From Orbicella franksi (lineage: Eukaryota): DNA of 64,000 nucleotides. The stretch spans positions 18,476,001-18,540,000 of the forward strand of contig OZ116709.1 of assembly GCA_964199315.1 (NCBI GenBank), written 5' to 3'. Made by a program: the position numbers and the translations under genes. Below the pieces are notes generated by a model that was given only the letters and a program-made list of their open reading frames with translations, made no database searches and was not told the DNA's origin. Below are positions 46,040 through 57,000 of the stretch, piece by piece. The first letter of the stretch is position 1. Each line of letters opens with the position of its first letter.

Positions 46040-49000
46040 ATGGCTTTCTTTTGTCCCTCCCAGCTGACGTTAAAAAAGAAAGGTAATAGTGGTTTTGTTT
46101 TAACCATAAATTTGCCACTTGCTTCGCATAACGCAAATGATTAGCATTTGTCTTTCTTTGAAAGTTGCAGTTCACATTCTGCTGTCATTGTGGCGTAATT
46201 ATTCGCTACGTTTCTAACAACTGTCAACGCTTACTTTTTGTCTTGGTTAGTGCTACAAAGCAAGAAGCCATATCCGCCAGACGTTTACCGACCTTCGACT
46301 ACTTTGGAACAGAACGGGACTGTCCCTTTGGAAGTAACGAAATCTGCTTTGAAAAACGGCTCGACTCCAAACCACAAGCATGAGAAGCGAAATGTCAGAA
46401 TTAGCGAGTCTGGATTTAAACATGAAACTCTCATTGAGCGGAAAATTCGAGCGGCAACTTTAGCAAAACCCGCAAATATCCGAGTAAAGGTTATGAAAAG
46501 TTACCACCCAGTCGATAAAGAAGAACTGAAGGTACGAAAAGGACACTACGTGAAAATACTCTACCAACAAAATGACTGGGCTTACGTTGTGGATTCGTCA
46601 GGAAGCGAGGGTTTTATCCCGTTGTGTTATTGCTCTACGACAAATGTTTCCACTGACTCGAAGTCTAGCACTTCGGGTTACGAAGATAGCTTCGAGGACA
46701 GCGAGGACGGGGTCGGAGAAAGGACAGCAGTGGTGGTGTACAGTGAATCGTTGACGAGTAATGATAGTCACAATTCGAAATCGATGACTTATTTTCCAAA
46801 GCGAGCTTACGGACCGCAATTAACTGTTTTGTACGACTACACAGCTCATGATGAAAATGATTTGAGCGTCTGTCGTGGTGAACTTGTGATGCTGCTGAAC
46901 GATCAGGACCAAGATTGGCTATGGGTATCCACGGAAGATGGCGAAGAAGGCTTTGTACCGAGATCTTTTGTGGTTTCTCACGTGTGCGAAGGTAAATAAT
47001 TTGCTCCTCAGTTAAGTCTCGCGTATGTGTGTCGTTTTAGTTTTTTATTGAAGTGTTGGAGAAACAGACAAAGGAGTAGCCTCTAAAACTAAGAGCATTT
47101 CAAAACGATACATTTGAAGACCTCCGCAAAATATTTGTTGTACGCACTCCCAAGGAAAAACCATGCTAGACTACAGGGAGAGTTGATAGCCTAGACGCAT
47201 TGCTGTCTGAGAATGAGTCAGTATTGCTAACGAAAAAGGATATAAAACACAGGAACTACAAGCATGTTAACTGCCCGACTCTCATCGTCTCCAAAAGTAT
47301 AGTTGTATATTTTAGAGCACGCGGGTACACAACCTGTCTTTTCAGAAGGACTCTTGATATGTCGCGATCTTGATTAAAATTATGTCTGGTTTAGATGAAT
47401 TCCTCGTTATTTGGCCATTGACCTGCAACCAGTATAACTGGATACCTTTTCTTAGTTTAAGAGCTAATTTCAACGAGCTTGTTAGTTCTGTAAGCAAAGT
47501 ACATGTGTATTTTTGTCTTGAGCAAAAATGTCGAGCTTAATATGTGGCATTCGGCTCTTATCAGAATAAACATTTTCATTCGGATATTCGATTATGAAAG
47601 CACTTAGCTGATAAACCAAAAATTGGTATTTTGGCAATTAAAATACTGTCTACACCTTGTTGAAAATACCCCTGGATTGTTATGGCTTTGATAACCTCAA
47701 CCTTTTAATGTTTCCACATGATTCAACTCACGTTATAACACGATCAAAGCCTTGTTATAATGTTCCATTTATTTACTTAAGAAACCACATGCTACGTTAT
47801 CGCAAGTCGGCTGAGTTGGTTTTTTTACTGAGGTAGCAAAGTGACCGAGATACAAGCAATGTTTCAGACAATGCTACCGCAGACAGACTTACAAAGAGTT
47901 GTGAGACGGTTTATGGTAGAAAAAGGAAAATAAGCTTTAGGATTAGTCATAAAAGAAGATAGAGGGTCAAATATGGTCAAGATTTAAAGGAATTGCAAAC
48001 ATTTGAACTTAGTTTTTGTCAGAATTATAGTTTGGGGCTTTTTTATATTTTAACGCAATCTTATGTGTAGTGTACAGCGGTACAGGACGACTCCTTGGGT
48101 CAATTCCGTGCAGGTACGCCTCGATCATTTTCAGGAAACAATGACAAAACGATGGCGAGCATGACTTAGTTTCATAATTATAGTAACTGAATTATCTTTG
48201 ACAATACTAGATGTTACATTTGCTGATACTACGTCAAAATATGCAAAATATATCACTTTCGCCGATTTGATTAAATCTTATGTTTTCATCGATTTTTGTC
48301 AAAGGTCTACCTAATTTTACCGGCCGAGTCCTTACTTAAAATGGAGTAAATGCTTATTAAGCTTGAATGATTGATCAAGTCCACGATCAAGGAATGACTA
48401 AAAAGCAGTCAGGGTGAAATTAAATTATTCCAGTGTACTATTGCTAAGTACAAAGCTGTCTCCACGCGCAGCAAAACCCTTTGGACTCGCATTCAGTTTA
48501 AAAAAGACCCGGAAAGCTCAAAGAGCTTTTACAACAAAGTTTCTAAGTTGAGGAGAAAAAAAGGAAAGGCAACATAGCTAAACGCGAGTCAGGCAGAAGT
48601 TTCCGTGCACTGTGTCTTGAAGAAATAAAATTTGCAGGAGAAGGGCGGGGGAGCTGACGACCAGTGCAGCTTGTAAGCAGATCTTAAGATAATTATTAGG
48701 CATTGTAGGTGAAGTAAGATTTGGAATGTACGTGAATTCAAAGACAAAATTTATTGACAGTATCACTCTTTCTTAGTCAAAACGTTTTCCTATTTGAACA
48801 CACAGCTTGCATGCAGCGGTTATCCTCACCGAACGCAGCCTCGCTCAGCTCTCCAGACTTGAATTCCTCTGACGTCACGCCGACAAGTTCATGCTCTACT
48901 GGCAAGAAATCCAAATCGTCATACACGGACGTGACGTCATCAGCGTCCAGTGAAAAGACTTACACGCTCAAAGGCACACGGTTAATTGTGCTTCATAACT

Positions 49001-49170
49001 TTCAAGGGAAAGCGTTTGATGATTTGCCTGTGAGACCTGGAGAGTACGTGTACGCAAACCTCAAAGACCAAATTGTTCCTGGTTTTATCTGGGCGTATTC
49101 GCCGAACAGCAAGAAATCTGGCTTCATTCCAGAGGATCGTGTTAAAGAGCCAGTTGTAACAGATATATGA
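46040..49170 (+). CDS. Dlish: Three-SH3 adaptor, Dlish/Vamana ortholog (Dachs ligand with SH3s), ~382 aa. Exons 46040-46082, 46251-46991, 48806-49170
   Basis: Exons total 1149 nt with both introns in phase 1. N-terminus MAFFCPSQLTLKKK resembles fly MAFLCPVRMRRDKKK. SH3-1 ..ILYQQNDWAYVV..EGFIPLCYC, SH3-2 ..DENDLSVCRGELVMLLN..DWLW...DGEEGFVPRSF and SH3-3 GTRLIVLHNF...DDL.VRPGEYVYANLKDQIVPGFIWAYSPNSKKSGFIP all line up with Drosophila Dlish as recalled. Confidence 0.87.
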
Positions 49171-49884
49171 AGGGTGGTTAGAGGCAGTCACTCCTTACGT
49201 GTCACCGCGCCACTGAAGACAATGCTTGATGTATCGAGACGCGTTTGTCATATGACGCTGGAGAGAGTGCATTTAACAGGAGCTATAAGAGCGGACACCA
49301 GCAACCTGTTAAACAGCGAAACCTTACCAGAAGAACAAGATAATAGTATTAGTCGCCCTGTAGGTTAATACGGACCATATTTATGCTCTCTTGTCGTAAA
49401 CAAGCACTTTTCTCAGTCGGAAACCCAGTTGGAGGCTGGCGATTTTCGACCTAGGTTGCTAAGGAACACGGAACACGACAACATTAAACTAGAATTTCCA
49501 GAATGCACGTGCTACTTAAATCAGGATCCACTTGTTTGTCATGACCATTGCCAAGCAATGTACATCATGACCCGATTGTTGCAATTGGGTAGAAATTTAC
49601 CGGAAACCCCGCTTTATTGTTAGCCGGAACACCAAAACTGGATTTAGATGAGTCCAAGGTGAACGAATGCCCTTTCACTTATACGGAATTCCGTGAACAG
49701 ACTTAGTTACTTAAAGTCATGCCACACCAAGGGAGGTGATTTATCCAAATATGATTTATCAACGATCTATCATCGTCGTTGAATTGCCATTGATTTGCCT
49801 CTGACCCTGACATAACAAACTTCTGTGTAAGAAAACAAGCGATCATTCCAAGCTATAAACTTATCATATTATCATGCTAAGGAA

Positions 49885-50167
49885 CAAAGTTAATAGAGGG
49901 GAATGGTTACGAAACTCGACAAAGTTCTTTGTTGTATGTTTTTGTTCTCTTTTTTTGGCCTTGACCGTGCACAAAACACAATAGTTGTTTACTACTGACT
50001 TAGGAGCTAAACAATCGAAACGTTTTGGTTACGTAATTCATGCATAGTGTATGAACCCAAAACAAAAGGTTGTGCACGGTCGTGGACCTTTCAACATAAA
50101 TCTTGGCATCTTTTTTGCTCCTTTGATGTTTGCCGGGCTTCATAACCATTACCCTCTATTAACTATG
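49885..50167. mobile_element. 283-bp MITE, copy 2 of the 37661-37946 family
   Basis: Colinear with copy 1 along its whole length; flanked by TAAGGAA (49878-49884) and TAAGAAA (50168-50174). Confidence 0.85.
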
Positions 50168-51807
50168 TAAGAAACGTTTCTTTAGCTACTGTAAATTTAT
50201 TGTCGGGGGAGCGGGTAAGTATGTTCGTTGGACACTATTGAACGACCCCCCTATGGATTCAATAAGCATCCTTTCATGTGCTGTATTAAGATCCCCTCCC
50301 GCCCCCCTTTCCCTACATGGGAATTCGCCATTCCGAAAATGCCATAGATGAAAATGCTTTATTTAAGGACATAATATTTGTATGATTTTCTATCAATTTT
50401 TACTGATAGTACAAAGTCCCTTTTAAATAGAATTAAATTCAAAGGGAACCTTTATGAAAAATTATTTAGGTAAACATATTAGTTGGATACAAAAAGAAAA
50501 ATTTACAACACTTTGAAATGGACTACTCATGGTTTTACAACATAATAAGCTTATATTAAGCACTGGTCATTGGCTTTCCCGGTGATTGACCACCGGGACA
50601 TCCCCGGGTAAACCCCGGGAACATGCGGGCATTTTTGTAAAAAATTTTGTGACGTAGGGTGGGGACATTTGATTGGTTTTTGAAACGAACGCACCAGATC
50701 CCAGGGATGCACCTACGGGATTTGTTTGGCATTGGTCAGCGTTACGTCACTTTCAAAATTCCGCATGAACATGAAGATGAGCGACCTTGCCGCCATTTGT
50801 AAGACATTTTGTGGAGAACGTCGATCTTCAGTGTTCGTTACATGTATGTTTGTTCTTCATCATGCCGTTGTACAAAGCCTGGGACGTGGTATGAGGAAAA
50901 AGAAACTCTGTCAACTGACAACAGTTTCAAAGAAGGAGAGAGCGAAAAAAATCGATAAAATTGTCCGTAATTATTGTAAATGAAGGTTTTCTGTCTTCAG
51001 CTTAGCCTCTGGGAGAGGGGAAATTAGTATGTATTTTAAGCCCTATGCCCCAGGGATTTTGTAGGTTTTTGTTTGATCCTGAAACCAAATCCCCTTTGCC
51101 TTCAATACGCTTACAAAGGAGGTTTGGGAATCGGTCAGTCCGTAGCTACTCTGCCTTGTGAGGACCCTTCTGAGTGTCAGAGAGTGCCTATTGAGCCCGC
51201 AGTCTCAGTGCCAACTTTAATGAAGCTAAACTACTTCATATAAAACTTTACATTCAATATGGCGTATGGAACACGAAGCTCCTGAATTGAACAGGTAGGG
51301 TTACTTTTTATATAAACACTTGTGCAATATGTACAAATTTCTTAGATAAAAACAAAATTAGTATGAAACTCTTCAATAGCTATCGATTGTTACTAATTTT
51401 CAAGTTTCGGATCAGGGAAGACATTCATTCCGAAGATATGAAAATTTCTACCTGGAAAATGTTGGTCTGTGGGGAGAATTCATTACGGTTGTTTTGTGCG
51501 CAATGGGCGTAAATTTGTTGTAAGCGTAAACGCAAAAACAAAAACAAACTGATCAAAGGATATAATATAATTTATTTCATTTTGATACAAAAAATATATC
51601 TACAAATTTATATAAAATTTCTTTTTGTCTTTTTTGCTCGAACACTAGCGAATGCTGTTGGAGTATTATAGTTAGGAATTTTTAAAAAATACAATCGCAT
51701 GAAAACAGATAACAAGGGGGTTAGTTTGGGAACGGACCAGAAGAAACACAAAGACAGAGACAAGAAAAACAAGTCAGACTGAATACGGCATCCGCTGTCT
51801 CCACGAG

Positions 51808-52051
51808 TTAAAAGAGCTCAGTCACGGAATTTTGAGTTATTTTGGCCACGTGCGAAATCACCTTTAAATTGAAGGAAAACTGAAAATAGTAGTTTACTAA
51901 GATAAAAAAAACTCCAAAGAGATAATATTAAACCGTAAAGAAACAAGGATGGTTAAGGATGGAGAAGATTGAAGCGGATTACAAACGACGAACTTGAAAA
52001 ATTTAGGCTACACTTTTCAAGATGTACAAACCGTGACGTAGCTTCTTTCAA
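51808..52051. mobile_element. Degenerate TTAA-type TIR MITE (Kolobok-like)
   Basis: Left ttaaaagagctcagtcacg versus right cgtgacgtagcttctttcaa. Confidence 0.45.
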
Positions 52052-52097
52052 CTAGCTTTTGTTTTATACATAATGAATATTCCTAATATTGTATATC

Positions 52098-52181
52098 CGA
52101 TCAGGCCAGATTTCTTTTTTTCAGGCTTTACTTTCACAAACGCTTAAGTTGTGTATATCTGCGATGATCAATCATGTCTTC
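52098..52181 (+). mobile_element. 5'-truncated SINE-like insertion with a 12-bp target-site duplication
   Basis: ATATTGTATATC at 52086-52097 and 52182-52193 flanks tcaggc..tttttttcaggctttactttcacaa..gcttaagttgtgtata..ctgcgatgatcaatcatgtcttc, which resembles the 3' part of anthozoan tRNA-SINEs as I recall them. Confidence 0.6.
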
Positions 52182-53699
52182 ATATTGTATATCTCATCAG
52201 CAAGCAAAATATCGGGAAGTAATGCATACACATGTTATAGGACTGCATAGCTCTGTAAAAAGTTTAGTTTCATTCTGGCAATGTCCCAAAAAATGATGAA
52301 AAAATATTGCATAGTTACAGTAACGTAGAGGTCCATTATCTCAGATTAAGAGATATTTTTAACATATTTTACAATAATTGTTTAGAGAGGCCAATGGTTG
52401 ACAGTGGAACTGGATGGAGTTTAAGTGAAAGTTGATCAAGATTTTAACTGTCGGCTTAGCAATGACGAGACTTTTTTTAAACTGATGGCTAAGATCTGAG
52501 ATCCGCAAAATTTACTGATGGCCGAGATTTGGGCTGAAATTTTACATGATAGCTGAGATTCCAGCATTCCCATTTAGACCTTCAGGTATGAAGCCAAAAT
52601 GTTGAAAATAGATGAAACTGTGGTTTAAGTTTGAACACATTTTTTTTTTTTACAATATCTGTTATGAAAACGGGACACCAACCACATTGGGTCGGGTAGC
52701 AGCTCTTGTAAGGTCTCACATGAATGGCTTGAAACCCTTTGAGAGAACAATGGAACAAACAACAGAAACAATGCCCCTAGCCCCAAACCAATTACAGCTG
52801 TTTACAAGCAAAAGAATTACAAGCTTATGAGAGCGGCTACAAGTCTGACCACATTGTGATTGTCTGAAACCGCCCATCATGAATGGAAAATATTTTTTTG
52901 TTTCATAACTGGAAAATCGGTTCAGTGCATACATTCTGTGTCAATTGTAAGAATTTCTTTTGCCTAAAGCGTAAAGCTCTCCTCGATCTGAAAAGAAATT
53001 AAAAATTCTCTCGCTCTTTTGTACAAAAGAATAGCTAAGAATTGTCACAGTTTGTGACCGAGATTCTGGTCGAGCAAAAGAGGAAGTCCGCACAATAAAC
53101 CTATTTTAAAACATCAAAATCTCGCGTCTAATACAGAAAAGCTTTGGTATCGATAGCACAAACAAAAATCCTAAAAGTCAGTGGGAAACACCGTGATGTA
53201 GCATCTTCTGCTTAGTTCACGCAGGGATTTAACTTATTTCTGTAGGGATTAAGGTTCTTAACACCGTAATTTTTTACAAGGCCCAAGTACGATTTTACGG
53301 TTTGCTATGTCCTTAAACAGTCGCTTCGGTGGGCAAATGGGAAGATCGATAAATTGTTACCACTCTGCTGAGTGAATAAATTTTTAGAAGGTCTTATTTC
53401 TTTTGCTTATTAGAAATAATCGAATTTTCGACCTTTTTGCTACAATCTTTTGAAACCGATATCCGATGGAAACTAAAAAGCATCCCTTAAAATTGAGCTC
53501 ACTTGTGATTGTAGTATCCCCATATCTTGAATTTCTTATGACAAATGTTTGCCATAAGTCATAAACGCGTTCAACATCGTATCGATTGTAAATCTCTAGC
53601 AATCTCTAGCCCTTGAGGGCAGATGAAAACCATAAAAACAAACGGAAAAAAATATGAAATTGCTTTGTGGGAAAGAATGAGGGAACGAACAAGTTGGTA

Positions 53700-53847
53700 G
53701 CTATTATAAAATAATCGAATAAAAATCTGTTATATGAACAATAGCCTCCATTTGGCGCAAAAATATGCACGGATTATCCGTTCCGAGAAGCGGAAAGTTT
53801 TCCCACAGCATAGCTCGAGGAAAACTGTGTCCTTTGAGGAACATGTT

Positions 53848-53879
<32 letters not shown>

Positions 53880-54053
53880 CCGCTAAACGGAGGCTATTGT
53901 GTTTATTATCCTTCGAATATTTCTCGCAACACGCGCAGTTTTGAAGATTGGGGAATATCACTCGGATATTCACCCGTTTTAGCTGGGGCATACTCAGTCA
54001 CGTGACGCGTCTAGACCAATCGCGCGCGAGCGAAAATATTTGATGGATTATAA
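53700..54053. repeat. Dispersed repeat with an internal inverted repeat, just downstream of the giant ORF stop
   Basis: aatagcctccatttggcgcaaaaatatgcacggat (~53740) is the inverse of atccgagcatattttcccgctaaacggaggctatt (~53863-53898). Confidence 0.6.
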
Positions 54054-54086
54054 TTATAGTTATGTAATAGTTATATTTAAGAAAAT

Positions 54087-57000
54087 TTATACGTATTTTT
54101 CTAGAGTCACATATTCTTTTGGCGCCATACCAGGCCTTCTTCTCTCCTTTTTGCAAATGGGACACTGATTCGGGGGACGCTCCGTCGAGGAGTTCCGATG
54201 AAGAGGGCACGTATCCACCAGGGACAAAATGGGACTGCAATAGGAGCTCCTGGAGCAAACGCTGCGGTCGGTCTCCGAGCTACGGCTGGAGTCTGTAGAG
54301 GGTGGAGAGGGCCCCTTCGGGGCTGGGGATGCGTCGCGTCTTGTTTGCGGTGCGTCTGGATAACGTTTCACTGCTGGGGAACTATTGGACCGTTGCCGGT
54401 CCCGTGAGGTACCTCGTTGACCTTGTCGTCCCCTCCCCTCCCCTGTCCACGGGGGCATTGGTGCTAACGATCCTTTAGAAAGTTTTATATCCCGTGGAAC
54501 TGGATCGTAGGATCTGCGACGAGGCTCTTGAGGCTCTCTACCACTCATCGCATTCAATTCGTTTGTTTCTTCTGCGATGACTCTTTCCTGGATGGGCTGA
54601 AATTGGTGTACTAACGGTTTATTCAACGAGCTCTTCCTTGGGAATGGTTCGCTATTGAGTTCAGAATTTGAAGTATCAGCTATGAATTTCTCTTCCGTAA
54701 TAGACTTCCTTCCCCGCAATTGCTGACAAGCTCGCCTCAGAAGATCGTTCTCCTTTTTCAAACTGACAATCTCGTCGCGCAGTTTTTCCATGTCTTCTAT
54801 GAGCTGAAGATTTTCATCTTCCAGTCGCCTGTATTCCACTCCCATTTGCTCCATTTTACCGGACGAATCTTTCAGATTTTCCGTCTCTTTTAGGACACTG
54901 TCTAAACGACTCGACAGAAGTTTGGTCTTTGTCTTCATGGCTTCGTCTTTTTCCAATAACTGTTCAGCAAGCTGTTCTTTAAGAGACGCTTGGTTTTGTT
55001 TCTCCTTCTCGAGTTGTTTAATCTTGGTTGCCATTTCGTGTAGTTCTTCAACGAGACCTTTCTTCTCTTGGTCCTTGGTTTCGAGCTCCTTATACAGTTC
55101 TCCCACATCTGTCTCTAGACTCTTGTTCATCTCTTCAAGTCTATTGTTTTCTGTGAACAAATTCTTCAGTTTGTCATCCAAGTCTTTTTCACTGCTTTTG
55201 TCAAGAAGAACAATTTCTAGATTTGCCTTTTGCTGTTTGTTGATCGCTTCAATACGTTCTTTATCGTACTCCAGTGAACGGACTTGAGACGCAAAGTTTT
55301 CTTTGTCTTTCTCCAATCCACGGACATCATTCTCAAGTTTCCGTTGAAGGGCATCGAGACCTTCGACTCTCGCCTTTAAGGAGATTGCCTCGTGTTCCTT
55401 CGACTCAAGCTTTGACATTAGTTCTTGGTTTTTCTTATCCATTTTCAGTTTAAACGAATGCGCGTCGTCTACAAGCTTATCTTTCTCACTATCCAACTCT
55501 TTACAGTTTTCTTCTAAGTTTTGGACTTTGTCCTTCAAAGCATTGCGCTCCTTTTCCAAGACTCTCAACTTGTACTTAGTTCCTTGGAGTTCAGCGTCTA
55601 TCGCTCGGTTTTTGCTCTCGGCGGCTTCTTTGGCACTCGATAACTCACTGATGCGATAGTTAGCGTTTTCCAACTCTTTAGAGATCTTTGCAAAATTGTC
55701 TTTGTTCATTTTCTCTAGTTCTTTACTCAGTTCTTTTACGTTTTTCCACAATTTTTCATTTTCTGTGGACAAGCGGTCTTTCTCCTTTTTCAGTTCCTTT
55801 ACCTTGTCAGACTCTTTCACCGCTTTCCCGTCTTTTTCTTTCGTATCCAGCAGCGATCGCTTCAATTCCGCATTTGCCTGTCTCAGAGAATTCTTCTCTG
55901 CTCGTTCATCGTACGACAGAGTCCGCAGCTTCTCAACTTCGTATCGAACTTCGGAAACCTCGTTCTCGACAGCGGTTCTCTCCATTAGCGCCAGCTCCAA
56001 TTTCCCTTGGAGTTCGCTGACCAGTGATTGTAGGGACTCCTTCTTGATCGCGGATTCATGCAAGCACTGCTTCAAGGCGGTAATCTCAGCGCGTGATTTG
56101 TTCTTCTCGCGTAAGTAATCAAGTAGGTTCCCTTCACCCTTAGATCGCTCCTCGTCCAGGCATTCCTCTAAACCTCTGATATTTCTGCGCAGCTCTTCGA
56201 GACAATCTTTCAAGCGTTCGGCTTCTTCTAAGTCCCTTGCCGTTAGATCACTCTGCGTCTCCAGCTCTTGAGTGCTCGTTTCAGCTTTATAGCTTCTAAC
56301 ACTCGCCGAGCGGCCTTTCTGATGTTTTCCATTGAAGTCAACGAGATGCTTAAATCTTTCAACTTCAACCAGCGACTCGTTCAGGATTTGCTTCAAAAGA
56401 ATCTGCGCAACTTCAGAGCGTTTCAGTCTCCTCGCGATCCTGTCTCGCTCTCTGCAAACTTCGTCTAACTGCTTAAGAAGATCTTTGTTCTCCTCCATGG
56501 ACTTTTCTATAAAACTCCGAGCCCGCTCGCTGGACCTCTCCGCGCTGTCTTTTTCAGACTCCATTCGACGGCTCTCTTGGATGTCGTTCTTAGCTCGGCT
56601 TAGCAGGTCTGCTGTTTTGGACACAGCCTCAAGCATATCTGACTCTGCTTTTCGTAGAGTGCCTTTCAGCTCTACCACTGTAATAAACGATGATCTGTTC
56701 TTCTCCATGGCTAGAATTGAAGAGAGCTCGCGGCGCATTTTCGTATACTCCTTCTCCATGTCTTCAATAGTGTATTGAAATCGCTTTCGTTCTTGCTCGT
56801 GTAGTCGTTCCTTCTGTTTCAAAGCTCGCAGCGCATCGGACAGCTCGAGCTGTAAATCAAAGACTTGATCACGTGCTTTTCTTAACTCGCCTCTCAACTC
56901 CTGTTCATGGGATTCCAGCATGGTTATTTCTTTTCTGGCATTTTCAAGCGCGGCGGCTTGTTTTTCGAGTTGGCCTGTTTCTATTTTCGGCGGGGTCTGG

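Noticed and set aside
48071-48113. Exon-like segment in Dlish intron 2 (gtgtAG...CAG|gtacgc)
   Set aside because: It is phase 1-2, so inclusion shifts the frame before SH3-3; direct splicing 46991-48806 gives an intact protein.
8721-49170. Two triple-SH3 genes (RIM-BP and Dlish) within 40 kb as a functional cluster
   Set aside because: The SH3 subfamilies, intron positions and pathways differ; there is no evidence of duplication or co-regulation.
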